A DNA stretch of 64,000 nt from the human T2T-CHM13v2.0 reference genome, Homo sapiens. The translations under genes were made by a program, and so were the position numbers. Below, piece after piece: positions 1 through 27,536 of the stretch. Every line of letters begins with the position of its first letter. The first letter of the stretch is position 1. The DNA lies in the NCBI RefSeq assembly GCF_009914755.1, contig NC_060947.1; one strand, written 5' to 3'. The notes under the pieces are model-generated. The model saw only the letters and a list, made by a program, of their open reading frames with translations. It made no database searches and had not been told where the DNA came from.

Positions 1-49
1 GGAAGGGAGGAAGGGAGGTAAGGGAGGTAAGGGAGGGAGGGAGGAAAGG

Positions 50-314
50 CTATTCTCTATAGAATGTGGATTTTTCCCACAAGAGACTTCTCAGGGCAAT
101 TTCAAGGTATGGCAAGGAAATATATTTTGGGGTTAAATACATTGTTTTTCCTTGTCTCATTATGTTATGCCAGAGTCACATTGGAAAGTAAGTTACGATA
201 TATAGGGTTAAATAAAACCCATCTAATGAGAACTCATGGTTTGTAAAGAATGACTCCCTAGACCCTTTAGATAGGAATTTGGGCAAGATAAAAAAATCAG
301 AACTTCGTCCTCAT
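50..314 (-). mobile_element. MER4-family ERV1 LTR fragment
   Basis: Reverse complement starts TGAGGACGAAGTTCTGATTTTTTTATCTTGCCCAAATTCCTATCTAAAG, like the MER4D/E 5' end. Confidence 0.7.
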
Positions 315-462
315 GATTTTGCCTGGAGCAGCTTCTGTCCTGAAATTTACCCGACTTGAAACACTATGGCTCGGAAGTCATTGAAAAGATTGGGTCTTAG
401 GCCAGGTGCGGTGGCTCACGCCTGCAATCTCAGCACCTTGGGATGCCAAAGCGAGGGAATCA

Positions 463-708
<246 letters not shown>

Positions 709-1129
709 TTAAGCGTGAGCTGCCTGAGTCTCCTGGCTTGGTGCTGTCCAAATAAACACTATCCTTTCTCTTGCTGCAAAGCCTCATTGTGGAGGTTTGA
801 CCTAAGTGCACCAGGCAAGTGGACACCAGTCCAGTTTGGCAACAAAACAGGCATCAGTAACGTGGGGTACAGGGTGACAAAGGCCTACATCAGCAGCTTT
901 TTATGAGATGAAAAGATTTCCTATCAGGAGAACATAAACAGACTTAGACTAAGGTGTTGGACTTCTGTTCGTCTGAGGATCCTGTTTCTTGCTGCCTGGT
1001 GAGAAGGTAGTGAGGTCATTTGGGTATACATAGCAGCATTAACAGCTTGAACCTAGCGAATATAGATGCCCATCTGTCTGCAGAACTTGCCTCCCTCTGC
1101 CCTCAAATGAGCTGCTTAAGGAGCCATCC

Positions 1130-3570
<2,441 letters not shown>

Positions 3571-3954
3571 TACAACAAGTGTCTGAAGATAGTCCTGAAG
3601 GCCAGGTGCAGTGGCTCATGCCTGTAATACCAGAGCTTTGGGAGGCTGAGGCAGGAGGATTGCTTGAGCCTAGCAGTTCGAGACCAGCCTGGGCAACATG
3701 GTGAAACCTCGTGTCTACCAAAAATACAGAAAAAAAAAAAAAAAAAAAAGCAGCTGGGTGTGGTGATGGTGGTGCATGCCTGTAGTCCCAGCTACTTGGG
3801 AGGCTGAGGTGGGAGGATCACTTGAGCTGAGAAGGTCAAGGCTGTGCCACTGCACTCCAGCCTGGGCAACACAGTGACAACCCAATCTCAAAAAAAAAAA
3901 AGATACCCTTCCAGCCAGATGAATGCACATGACCACTGGCATGAGAGGAGGTCG

Positions 3955-4461
3955 GCATTAAGATACAGGTCCTAAGGACCTTGTTGATAAAACAGGTTGT
4001 GGTAAAGAAGCTGGCCAAACCCCATGCAAACCAAGATGGCGACGAGACTGACCTCTGGTCTTCCTCACTGTTCATTATACGCTAACTCTAATGCATTCGC
4101 TGCTAAAAGACACTTCCATCAGCCTCATGGCAGTTTACAGATGTCATGGCAATGTCAGGAAGTTACCCTATAGGGTCTAAAAAGGGGAGGAACCCTCAGT
4201 TCCCAGAACCGCCCACCGGCTTCCCAGAAAACTCACGAATAATCTTTCCCTTGTTTCGCACAGAATCAAGAAATAACCATAAAAATCACCAACTGGCAGC
4301 CCTCGGTGCTGCTCTGCCAATGGAGTGGCCACTCTTTATTCCTTTACTTTCTTAATCAACTTGCTTTCACTTTACTCTATGGACTCACCCCAAATTCTTT
4401 CTTGCACAAGATCCAAGAACCCTCTCTTGGGGTCAGGATCAAGACCCCTTTCCAGTAAACA
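3955..4461 (+). mobile_element. MER41 (MER41B-like) ERV1 LTR, 3' part
   Basis: AAACCAAGATGGCGACGAGACTGACCTCTGGTC..GTCAGGAAGTTACCCTATAGGGTCTAAAAAGGGGAGG..AAGAACCCTCTCTTGGGGTC..TTCCAGTAAACA. Confidence 0.88.
4200..4229 (+). promoter_or_regulatory. Tandem GAS (STAT1) motifs in MER41
   Basis: TTCCCAGAA at 4200-4208 and 4221-4229 (TTCN3GAA); motif match only, activity not shown. Confidence 0.5.
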
Positions 4462-4527
4462 ACGCCTCATGTTTTCTATAATAATTTCATTACTTTGTGT
4501 GCCCACTGACAATGGTAATGGTCTAAC

Positions 4528-6170
<1,643 letters not shown>

Positions 6171-6845
6171 CTATGGTCAGAGCTCATAACTGGTACCTTG
6201 AAATCTGTCCGGTATGTTCTCATGCAGAACTTCAAGAGTTATACATTGTGCCAGTAGCGAAAAAAAAAAAAAAAAAAGAAAGAAAAAAAAAAGGGGCCAG
6301 GCATGGTGACTCACACCTGTAATCCCAACACTTTGGGAGGCTGAAGTGGGTAGACTATGAGGTCAAGAGTTCAAGACCAGCCTGACTAACATGGTGAAAC
6401 GCTGTCTCTACTGAAAATACAAAAATTAAGCGGGCGTGGTGGCAGGTGCCTGTAATCTCAGCTACTCAGAAGGCTGAGGCAGCAGAATCACATGAACCTG
6501 GGAGATGGAGGATGCAGTGAGCCAAGATCGTGCCACCGCACTCCAGCCTGGGCGACAGAGCAAGACTCTGTCTCAAAAAAAAAAAAAAGATGAAGTTATG
6601 AAAATAATAAGTCCAAACAAATTTTGATTTTTGTCTTTATAGCATTATTCCTGGAGATTAAAAAAAATTGGAGGTGTGTGCGGTGGGTCACGCTTGTAAT
6701 CCCAGAACTTTGAAAGGCCGAGACAGGCAGATCATGAGGTCAGGAGTTCGAGAGCAGCCTGGCCAACACAGTGAAACGCTGTCTCTACTAAAAATACAAA
6801 AATTAGCTGAGCATGGTTGTGCACACCTGCAATCTCAGCTATTCA

Positions 6846-6974
<129 letters not shown>

Positions 6975-7205
6975 TTATGAGATGACATTATGAAAATAAT
7001 AAGCTCAAATGAACTAATTCTGATTTTTGTCTTTATAGCATTATTCCTGGACATTAAAAAAATGTGGAGGTGGCCAGTTATGGATACTAAGCACCCAGGC
7101 AGCCCCAGCCAGCACCCAAGTGGCCACTTGGAGGGTGAGAAATGAATAAAATGGCTAAGCTCTCCACAGGAGGCCGTAAGGTCCAAACACAACGGATCAG
7201 TTTGT

Positions 7206-8752
7206 GGGGGGAGGGGAGGGGGAGGGGGAGGGGAGGAGGGGAGGGGGAGGGGGAGGGGGAGGAGGGGAGGGGGAGGGGGAGGAGGGGAGGGGGAGGGGGA
7301 GGAGGGGAGGGGGAGGAGGGGGAGGGGAGGGGGAGGGGGAGGGGGAGGGGGAGGGGAGGGGGAGGGGGAGGGGGAGGGGGAGGAGGGGGAGGAGGGGGGG
7401 AGGGGGAGGGGGAGGAGGGGGAGAGGGGGAGGAGGGGGAGAGGGGGAGGAGGGGAGAGGGGGAGAGGGGGAGGAGGGGGAGAGGGGGAGAGGGGGAGGAG
7501 GGGGAGAGGGGGAGGAGGGGGAGGAGGGGGAGAGGGGGAGGAGGGGGAGAGGGGGAGGAGGGGGAGAGGGGGAGGAGGGGGAGAGGGGGAGGAGGGGGAG
7601 AGGGGGAGGAGGGGAGAGGGGGAGGAGGGGGAGAGGGGGAGGGGGAGGGGAAAGAGGGGGAGGGGAAGAGGGGGAGGGGAAAGAGGGGGAGGGGGAGGAG
7701 GGGTAGAAGGAGGGAGGAAGAGGGGAGGAGGGGGAGGAGGGGGAGGGGAGGAGGGGGAGGAGGGAGGAAGAGGAGGAGGGAGAAGGGAGGAGGAGGGAGA
7801 AGGGAGAAGAGGGGGAGGAGGGAGAAGGGAGAAGGGAGAAGAGGGGGGAGGAGGGAGAAGGGAGAAGAGGGGGAGGAGGGAGAAGGGAGAAGAGGAGGGG
7901 GAAGGAGGGAGAAGGGAGAAGAGGAGGGGGAGGAGGGAGAAGGGAGAGGAGGAGGGGAGGAGGGAGAAGGGAGAGGAGGAGGGGGAAGGAGGGAGAAGGG
8001 AGAAGAGGAGGGGGAGGAGGGAGAAGGGAGAGGAGGAGGGGGAGGAGGGAGAAGGGAGAGGAGGAGGGGGAGGAGGGAGAAGGGAGAAGAGGGGGAGGAG
8101 GGAGAAGGGAGAAGAGGAGGGGGAGGAGGGAGAAGGGAGAAGAGGAGGGAGAAGAGGAGGGAGAAGAGGAGGGAGAAGAGGAGGGAGAAGAGGAGGGAGA
8201 AGAGGGGGAGAAGGGGAGGAAGGGGAGGGGAGGGGGAGGGGGAGGGGAGGAGGGGGAGGGAGGAGGGGAGGGGGAGGGGAGGAGGGGGGAGGAGGGGGAG
8301 GAGGGGGGAGGAGGGGGAGGAGGGGGGAGGAGGGGGAGGAGGGGGGAGGAGGAGGGGGGAGGAGGGGGAGGAGGAGGGGGGAGGAGGGGGAGGAGGAGGG
8401 GGAGGAGGGGGGAGGAGGGGGAGGGGAGGGGGGAGGGGAGGGGAGGAGGGGGAGGGGAGGGGAGGAGGGGGAGGGGAGGGAGGAGGGGGAGGGGAGGGGG
8501 AGGGGAGGGAGGGGGAGGAGGTGGAGGGGAGGGGGAGGAGGTGGAGGGGAGGGGGAGGAGGTGGAGGGGAGGAGGGGAGGGGAAGGGGAGGAGGGGGAGG
8601 GGAAGGGGAGGGGGAGGGGAAGGGGAGGAGGAGGGGACGGGGAGGAGGAGGGGAAGGGGAGGAGGAGGGGAAGGGGAGGAGGAGGGGACGGGGAGGAGGA
8701 GGGGACGGGGAGGTGAAGACGAGGAGGAGGGGACGGGGAGGAGGAAGGGGAG
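7206..8752 (+). repeat. ~1.55-kb G/A polypurine low-complexity tract
   Basis: Almost only G and A (GGGGA, GGA, GGGAGAA units); only a few pyrimidines near 7704 and 8522-8735. Confidence 0.98.
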
Positions 8753-9603
8753 GACTTCCACCCTTTTGGCACCAGGAACCGGTTTCATGGAAGACAATTT
8801 TTCCGTGGACCGAAAATGAGGGTAGATGGTTTCAGGATGATTTGCACACATTGCATTTATTGTACACTCTATTTTTCTTTTCTTTTCTTTGAGATGGACT
8901 CTCACTCTGTTGCCCAGGCTGCAGTGCAGTGGTGCAGTCTTGGCTCACTGCACCTCCGCTTCCTGGGTTCAAGCAATTCTCCTATCTCAGCGTCTTGAGC
9001 AGCTAGGATTACGAGTGTGTGCCACCACGTACAGCTAATTTTTGAACCAGGATTTCACCATGTTGGCCAGGCTGGTCTCGAACTCCTGACCTCAAGCAAT
9101 CTGCCCACCTTGGTCTCCCAAAATGCTGGGATTACAGGCATGAGCCACCGCACGCAGTCCTCGATTTTATTTTAAAGATTATTTCTTGAAGGAGCTGAAC
9201 TCCAGTGAGCACACCCTCCCCACAGTTTTCGTCTCTTTCGCTGTTTGGTATGTCATGAAAGGAAAGATGAAAAGATCCTAATGTTATTCGTTCCTCTGAG
9301 AAATGACCGTGCTCCTTGTCCGGAGGTGAACGCCTGGCGCTCAGCTGCACACCCCGGGGGCCTGATGTTCCGATCTGGGAATGAGGTCGCCGCATCTATT
9401 CGGTAATGACTATCATCATTTTGTTAGGGTGCCACACCAATTTTCCGCATCGTCTTCCCTGGGGTCGTAAAGAACACATTCAGGTTTGGCAGAATCTGTT
9501 CATCAAAGCTGGTCAACCTTTTCAGAGAATACACGACATTGAGACAGAAAATTTGTTTTGTTTTTCTCCAGATGACTGCGGCTTATTTCTTTCATGCAGA
9601 TGA

Positions 9604-9900
<297 letters not shown>

Positions 9901-9927
9901 TGACAGGTGTGAGCCACTGGGCCCAGC

Positions 9928-10470
<543 letters not shown>

Positions 10471-10770
10471 AAAAGAATAACTGTAAATAACTGTAAGCGA
10501 GTGCACGGCTAGTACAATGATCTGGCCGCCCACGGTATGACTGAGGATGTCCATTTTCAGACCCTCCACATTTGCTGAAAGCAGGAGCGATCCCCTGGAA
10601 ACCCTCCCAGATACAGGTGGAGAAACGTTGGAGTCATGGACCGAGTCTTTGATCTCTAGCACAAAGACCTTATGTCAATCCATCAGCCAGGAAACACAGT
10701 TCTCATGAAGTTCACACACTGAAGAGGAGAGCTGTGTGCTCCATGAGAGACGGACAAGATCAATTGGTAA

Positions 10771-11355
<585 letters not shown>

Positions 11356-12119
11356 TGACTTTAAACCCATTCGGAAGAGTTTTCCTAGAATTGCTACACT
11401 CGGAGACATGAGGCAATGCTTACTCTGACTTTTGACGTTTTCAAGTGTACAGTTGAAAGTCAACAACATGGGTGAATGTGGCAACCCCTCCTTACACAAT
11501 CAGAGACAGTCACTGCCAAGCCGCTTCGTGGATTGTCATTAGCTTCCAATGAGAAACAGGTGCACAATCAAGGTCTAAAGATAAAGAGGGTTAAGTGCAA
11601 GACAGCAGCCATGACGTGTCGGTCCACGTACAGCCTGTCTGCCTGAGGGCTCAGTGATCCAAAAAGACACTGCAGGTCAGCACTTCAGAGTGTTCGCAAC
11701 ATCCGGGGTTACTTAACCCTGTGGCTTGACAAGCAGCAGAGATTTGCAAACAATGATAGCTTCTGTGCCACTTCAGCCGAACACTGGCTCTGAAAACAGC
11801 CTCAGTATCTGACAAGCTCTCATTCCTGGGCTTGTGGCGTGGCTGTCCATTGAGAGAGCCTAAGTATATCTTCATGCCGAGGGGATGGGAGCATTTATAT
11901 AAATAAATGTTTGCACTGATTACAGCACTGCTGCCAAAGAGCTTGATGGGCGATGATGATCCGATTTCGCCATGGCAGCTTATGTTTACAGAACCCGGCT
12001 CCATTGCAGACAGGACATCGAATGTGTAACGCAGTATTTAAATGTCCACTGACATTTACAGCTCGTGTCAGCCCAAGAGGGAAGAGGCGTTGGTGTCCCA
12101 GTCTGCCAAGGAGGGCTCC

Positions 12120-14015
<1,896 letters not shown>

Positions 14016-15429
14016 TGAATCTGTCACAGGGTGAATACATCTCCAAATGCATTTGAAAACTCCTACGGGATGCTACAGAAACACGTGAGGGAAGAGTGGG
14101 TGTGGACATACTCTCCATCTGTTACACTCAGAGTACTCCAACTACAGGAGTGAGATGCCTCAAGACAGGCCAAGGCAGAAACAAGCATCACTATGAACCC
14201 CAGAATAGATATGTTTTTTGGCCAGACACGGTGGTACACGCCTGTAATCCCAGCACTTTAAGAGGCCCAGGTGAGAAGACTGCTGGAGGCCAGGAGTTTA
14301 AGACCAGCCTGAGCAACAGAGGAAGATCCCATCTCTACAAAATATTTAAAATATATACATAGCTGGGAATGATGATGCGTACCTACAGCCCCAGCTACTT
14401 TAGACACTGTGGTGGGAAGATCACTCGAGCCCGGGAGGCTGAAGCTGTCGTGAGCCACAGTCACACCACTGCACTCCAGCCTGGGTGACAGAGTGAGATC
14501 CGGTCTCGAAAAAATCATCATTATCGTCACAGTAATGAGAGGAATTTTAGGTGATAGGTGGTTACTAATTTCAAAAATAGGGGCTTCCGGTTTCTCCTCT
14601 AATGATACAGGGGTTAAGAAGAAATGACTTAAGCAGATAGTAAAAATTAGCTGGGTGTGGTGGTGCACACCTGTCATCCCAGCTACTTGGGAGGCTGAGA
14701 TGTGAGGATCACCTGAGCCTCGGAAGTTGAAGTTGCAGTGAGCCATGATCACACCACTGCACTCCAGCCTGGGTAACAGATGGAGACCCTGTCTGGAAAA
14801 AAAAAAAAAAAGATTTTGCACAAAGTTTTACGATGACTCTGCTTTGTAATTAAAAGTAATTTCTGCTTTGTTGGTGATTTCTCACACATTTATCTGGTAG
14901 ACCAGATACCTGCATGTGATAGGGTAAGAAGGACCCATTTCCCTCCAAGGAGAACAGCATTGCAAGGGGGTTGAGGACGCATGCATGTGGAATCCAAACA
15001 TTGAATGCACTGAGACGGCGCTGCATGAAGCCTGTCTGTGAGTTTATGATGAAGCTGCACAGAGCTCCGTAGGCGGCTCTCACTCCTCTCTCTCAGCCTT
15101 TGGCTTCAGTTTAATTGCATACACACCCTTCAGAGCTGCTCGGGGCCCCCACTTCTTCAGCCTTCTGGCATTTTTCTAAGAAACACTAAACCTCTTTCCA
15201 ACGTTGCCCTTGGATTTTGTGTGCACGTCTTCCAGCCCTTGAGCTGCTTGACCTGTGCTTGCAAGGGTTCCATAACACTGGATAGGACAGAAGCTCCGCC
15301 CAGCCCCAGGTGAAAGCTCTGTGCTCTTCAGGGACCATGTCCTATTCACACTGTCTCCCTCACATCTAATACAGTCATGATACTCGGCAATATAGTACTC
15401 CACCCAACAGGCAACTCAGAGTCTGCCAG

Positions 15430-16713
<1,284 letters not shown>

Positions 16714-16934
16714 CTAACATGTAGAGAGCTTGCGCATTTTAATTCCTATCCTCACAATAGGCAAAGAGCAGAACATACTGAAAATCAGCAACTCTGCGAT
16801 CCATCAGAAAATAGAGATCACAAGACGAAATGCTGCCTGAAGACTGGACAGACAGGTGGCAAGTGGAATTGTGCTTGTCTAGGAGTTCCTGCTGGAGCCA
16901 GCACCTGATGGACACATTTGCAGGGTAATTATTA

Positions 16935-17324
<390 letters not shown>

Positions 17325-17610
17325 TCACAAATTTTACCTCCGGGAGCTCCACCAGGTTCCCAGGGTGAAGATCAAAGAAATATCCAGTTGTGTGTTATTG
17401 GGGGAAAGTAACCACTTTGCAATATTCCTAGGGAGACAGTAGCATTTTGAAGTATGCCCAAAGCAATCCGTGTCCTCTCTGCCCTCAAAGTAAATTACTT
17501 TAGCGCAGTCAAAGTGACCTGGGGGAAGGGAAATCTTCTATTTCAGTTTTTCTTTTTTTTTTTTTCTTTCCAGGCAGATTTTCACTCTTGTTGCCCAAGC
17601 TGGAGTATAA

Positions 17611-17733
<123 letters not shown>

Positions 17734-18367
17734 TAGTAGAGATGGGGTTTCGCCATGTTGGCCAGGCTGGTCTCGCACTCCTGACCTCAGGTGATCCACC
17801 CGCCTCAGCCTCCCAAGGTGCTGGGATTACAGGCGTGAGCCACCGTGCCCGACCAGATTTCAGTTTCTATTAGCTTTCAACAACACTTTTCGTGCATGAG
17901 TGACGCTGGCGGCCATGTACTCAGCCATTCCATCAAGGTTCCAAGCAGCAAAGCTGCAAAATGGATCTGACTCCTTCAGTGAAGAAGAGTCTCCCTGAAT
18001 GCATTGGAAACACTCATGAGATGCTACTGAAGCAAGTAAGGGAAGCCTGACTGTGGACATGCTCTCTGTCTCTTAGGCTCACAGTACTCCAACCACAGAA
18101 ACGAGATGCCTCAAGGGAGGCAGAGGCAGAAAGAAGCCATCACTATAAACCCAAGAATAAAGCCAGCAGAGCTACAGTGATGGCCTGTGTGCTGCAGGTG
18201 AGCATCACCTTGTTGTAAGGCCACAGGCTTTCCTGGCCACCCTGCTCAGTTGGCCTCGTGGTGGGAGTCACTAGACTCAAGATAGACCCAGCCAGACCAT
18301 CTGGTTAGAGCTACCCAAGGAAAAGCCATTGTCAGCACAAAGTCACTGGAGTCTTAGAATGCACAGC

Positions 18368-19530
<1,163 letters not shown>

Positions 19531-20800
19531 CAACAGGTGTTTCATCCTGTTCCTTTCCTCAGGTGGTGTTGCAGAGTACCCCAGCATCTTTAGGTGGTGG
19601 TAGAAGAGACTCCAGCATCTGCCATAACCCCCGGAAGAGTGTTCTGTATGTTACACTGTGGGGAGGTTTTCCTCAAAGCATTAGAGTGATCTGAACAATG
19701 GGAATCTTTGCACAGAGGAGGATGAGTTCTACTCGGGGATGGTACCTACTAAGAGAGACATGTTGTCTTCTCTTCAATTGCCCTTTAACGAAGAAATAAA
19801 AATTATTTAATTATTCGGTGAAGAAATAAAAAGAGTATTGCATTCTTTCAACAGAGATTCTGCACTTGTACTCCCAGGTATTTATGAAACCTCATGTTGA
19901 TGCCTGGTGCATAGGCCAGGCAGTGGGGCTCTACCTAAGTAATGCCTGGTGGTTGGCCATGGGTAGCTGGAGCACCAATAGCATACTCTAATAGTCCATG
20001 ACATCGGTCTACTCAAGGGCCATGGCTCAAATAGAAGGCTTTGTTTGGAGGAATTCAAAAGAGGTTCTACTGAGAAGGAACCTATGAATCAGTGCTGCCA
20101 CAATACTTTTGGATTGTGCGGTTCAAACGCCATATTGGTTTTCTTCCAGCTCTCCAGCTCCAGCAGCACTGAGGCAGATCTGAGTTTCTCGAAGCTGGGC
20201 CCATCACCAACAAGACAGTGATGGTGAAAGCAATGATAGAAGAGGTCGAATTTAGAGTAAGGATCAGGATGGACAGGTGGGTACATCTATGCAACCCTAA
20301 CCTTTCTGAAACTACTAGGCATAGATATTTTCCTGAAGACTAGTCTCAGCCTGCATGGATGGTCCCTCATGGCTACTGTCTCATTTGAAAAGTGAACCTA
20401 TGAAAAGAGGCAAACACTATGACATCCACCACTGTTTGGTCACACCAATTCTTGACATTAACTCTCTCGAAGGACATTAGTATGACCTTCAAATCCTAGC
20501 CCGCAGGAAAGCTTCACTTTAGTTGTTTGTTTCCTGGGTGTCCCTTCCTACAACCCACGAGGCAAATGCCACACACCCTCCTTACATGCATAAAACAGTG
20601 CTGATAATGGATGAAACACACAAGTATCAGCTCATGCCTGCACTTTCAGAGAAAACACTCTTGCTTAGACCATGGGTATGTCAAGCTGCCAAGGATACAA
20701 AAGGTAAAACAATCCAAGGGCAACAGATGGTTCATGACAAAGAACTAAGAGGGCAGCACTGCGATTCCAAAAATTTGGATATGGACGTCAATGAGAGTGA

Positions 20801-21630
<830 letters not shown>

Positions 21631-21871
21631 GAGCCTGGTCCAGGCCACTCTAAATGTCTCTCAAATGTTAAAGACTGATGAAGGAGGAGCAGGAAGACTT
21701 ATCACACGTCCAAGGAGACAATGTTGAGCGACCCGCAAACTTAGCAGAAGGGAGAACAGGCTCTGGAGATGTCCAGTAATGGGGTAGAGCCCAGACTCCC
21801 ACACTTGGTAGTTGTACCCTTCAACCTGGAGAGGCCTCAGTTTTCTCATCAGTGAAATGGGCCCAAGAATA

Positions 21872-22175
21872 GTATCTATCTCAAGAAACCATTTTCTCTG
21901 CTCCTTCATGAGAAGAAACTCCTCTTCCATTCCAGTTTTATCATGAGATTACAGGAGTTCAGTCCCATCTTCAACCTGCACCTTTACTTCTGCTATTTTC
22001 ACCATAGCAGAAGTGACTTCCTCCACTGAAGTCTTGAACCCCCTCAATGTCATTCATGAATATTGGAATTCACTTTTTCCCGATTTCTGTTAATGTGGAT
22101 ATCTTAACTTCCTGCCATGAATCACCAAGGTTCTAAATGGCATTCAGAATGAGGAATCCTTTCAGGAAGGTTTTT
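21872..22175 (-). mobile_element. Tigger1 transposase fragment (antisense)
   Basis: Translates EEFLLMKEQRKWFLEI, matching the Tigger1 C-terminal EELLLMDEQRKWFLEM. Confidence 0.85.
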
Positions 22176-22176
22176 T

Positions 22177-22214
<38 letters not shown>

Positions 22215-22215
22215 A

Positions 22216-22499
<284 letters not shown>

Positions 22500-22790
22500 T
22501 GACTCGAATTTTGAAAAAAGTTCTACTCTGGGTAAAACCCTATCAAACAGCATCGCTTGATACAGAAAAATCTTTCATGACAGAAAGGGTCAACTGATGT
22601 GACAAACATCACTGTTGTCTATTTTAAGAAATTGCCAAAGCACCCTCTACCCTCAGCAACCACCACCCTGATCAGTCCACAGCCAGCAACATTGAGGCAA
22701 GACTCTCCACCAGCAATAAGGTTTTGACTCGCGAAATGTTCAGATAATTGTTAGTATTGTTTACCAATAAAGTATGCTTAAATTAAAAAA
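22500..22790 (+). mobile_element. Tigger1 3' fragment (sense)
   Basis: GACTCGAATTTTGAAAAAAGTTCTACTCTGGGTAAAA..CAGCAACCACCACCCTGATCAGTC. Confidence 0.85.
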
Positions 22791-24049
22791 TATATATCGT
22801 TGGAATGGTGTATGGATACACCACAAAACAGTCTTAGCATAATGCTCACCATTCACTAAGTGCTCAATAACGACATTATTAACTTTGCCAATTCCTCTGT
22901 TTATTGCTCAGAAGGATGATGCATTTGTCAGGAGAAGCAAAGAAAAAGATTCTTGAAAAGATCATGGTGACATTGCTGAAAGGTCGGGGAGAAAACACAA
23001 ACAGACTGAATGGGTCCTGTGAAGCTCAAGGGTGTGGGTAGCTCGTAAGAAAGGCTATGAGCAGAGATTACGCTGGAGAAATATGCCAGGAAGGGAAGGG
23101 AAGGGATGGTCAGAAGCTAGTTAGTGTGTGCAGTGATATTTTCACAATGCTTTTGAAATCAGCGTGTTAATTGGCTAAATGAGCCACTGGCTGGATGACA
23201 GTATGTGAGCATTAGCTGCTCTATGTCAGCTGGGATTCTAGGAAAACAGATTGTGCCAAACATTTGGATATCCAGAGGAGGCACAACAACTGTGCATTAG
23301 AAATAGGACTTATGTTTCCCACCCAACTACCTCTCTCTGGGGCCTGACCTGCCGTCTAAAAACAGTCCACCCCAATGCAGCCTCCAGTCACTCTGCCAGG
23401 TATTGACCCAGAGTCTTGATTCTATGCAACAAATAAGATCTTTGCATTTTAACCCATTGAGTTTTAGTAAGAATCTTCGACAAGAAGATTTCTTCCAGAG
23501 AACCAAAGCAGGAGTTGCAAGATTGCAAAGGGCACACTGAGGTCTTAAATATCCATCTGATTTGGCCAGGAATGTGATCGATCAAAAACTCAGGAATTTT
23601 CCTGGTCATCGTTGTCTAACGTGTATTCAGAATGTACTCTGCGGTGAGTACCATTTTACGAAAAGACTCACTGGCCAAGACTATGGGCGTGAGGTAACTA
23701 ACAATCAGGGGGCTTGGTTTCATTTTGTTGAAAAAAAGTTCAACAAAGACATCCACAAAGAAATAGGTGATGGGCCTTTGCCTACTCATTTCTTTGCTCG
23801 TTTTGCTATTTACCCATTCCCCTGTTTTCTTGCCCTGTAAAATGGACACAATACTCAAGCTTCCCATTGGTGTCAATGTTTACATTCACGATGGGTAAAA
23901 AAAGGTATTTCATGATTTGAAAAGTGTGATGCATTTTATTCTTTTTTATAACTTTAACACCTTTTAATTTTTTGAACGTTTTTGAGTCATCATAACACAT
24001 AGCTTAAAACACATACACACGTGGTGCAGCTGTACAAACATGTATTTTT

Positions 24050-24910
<861 letters not shown>

Positions 24911-25611
24911 AAAGTATGCTTTTTTTTTTTTTTTTTTTTTTTGAGACACAGTCTTACTCTGTCACCCAGGCTGGAGTGCAATGGCATGATCTTGGCTCAC
25001 TGCAACCTCCACCTCCTAGGTTCAAGTGATTCTCCCTGCCTTAGCCTCCCAAGTAGCTGGAATTCTAGGCACCTGCCACCATGCCTGGCTAATATTGGTA
25101 TTTTTAGTAGAGACGGAGTTTCGCCATGTTCGCTAGACTGGTCTCGAACTCCTGACCTCAGGTGATTCGCGTGCCCTGGCTGGGATTACAGGCGTGAGTC
25201 ACCGGACCCAGCCGCCTATTTTCTTTCTTTAAGAGATAAGGTCTTGGTCTCTCAGCCAGGCTGGAGTGCAGTGATTTGAGCACATCTCACTGCAGCCTCA
25301 AACTCCTGGGCTCAAGTGATCCTCCCGCCTCAACCTCCCCAGTAGCTGGGACCACATGCACACACCACCATGCCCAGCTATTTTTGAAAAATTTTTGTAG
25401 AAATGGCATCTTGCTGTGTTGCCCAAGCTGCTCTCAAAGTCCTGAGCTCAAAATAATCCTCCATCTTCTGAAAGCATTGCGATTATGGGTGTGAAGTTTC
25501 TTTGACTTTAATATTTTAACTTAATTTATAACAGTATTTTTGAATAAGGGACTCTATCCATCACTATTTAATTCTATAATTGTATATATTTGCAGGCCCC
25601 TCCAAGCCTTT

Positions 25612-26620
<1,009 letters not shown>

Positions 26621-26629
26621 CCTTCTTAA

Positions 26630-26950
<321 letters not shown>

Positions 26951-27380
26951 TAGTAGAGACGGGGTTTCACCCTGTTGCCCAGGATGGTCTCGATCTACTG
27001 ACCTCATGATCCGCCTGCCTCACCCTCCCAGAATGCTGGGATTACAGGCGTGAGCCACCACGCCAGACTGCAGTAGTGAGTCTTAGTCACTCACTGTGAA
27101 GTTCCCTGCAGTTTCTTTTTCAAAAGCATTTTGCTGTGGATAACGCATTCTCATTACGTCAGACATCTGCAGTAACATTTATCTAGCAACAAGGTTAACT
27201 GCCTTCACATCAACAAAAACAGGTTGTGTTGCCAGCAAAGAAGAATGCCAGTTCTCTTTTCCATCCCATAATACTTGTCATCAGTACTGGGGTATCCTGT
27301 TCACCTTCTCCCATGCTGTGAGATTAATTTAGAGAACATATTCACGGTATTTTGTTTTTTGTTTTGTTTTTTTTTTTTGA

Positions 27381-27536
<156 letters not shown>

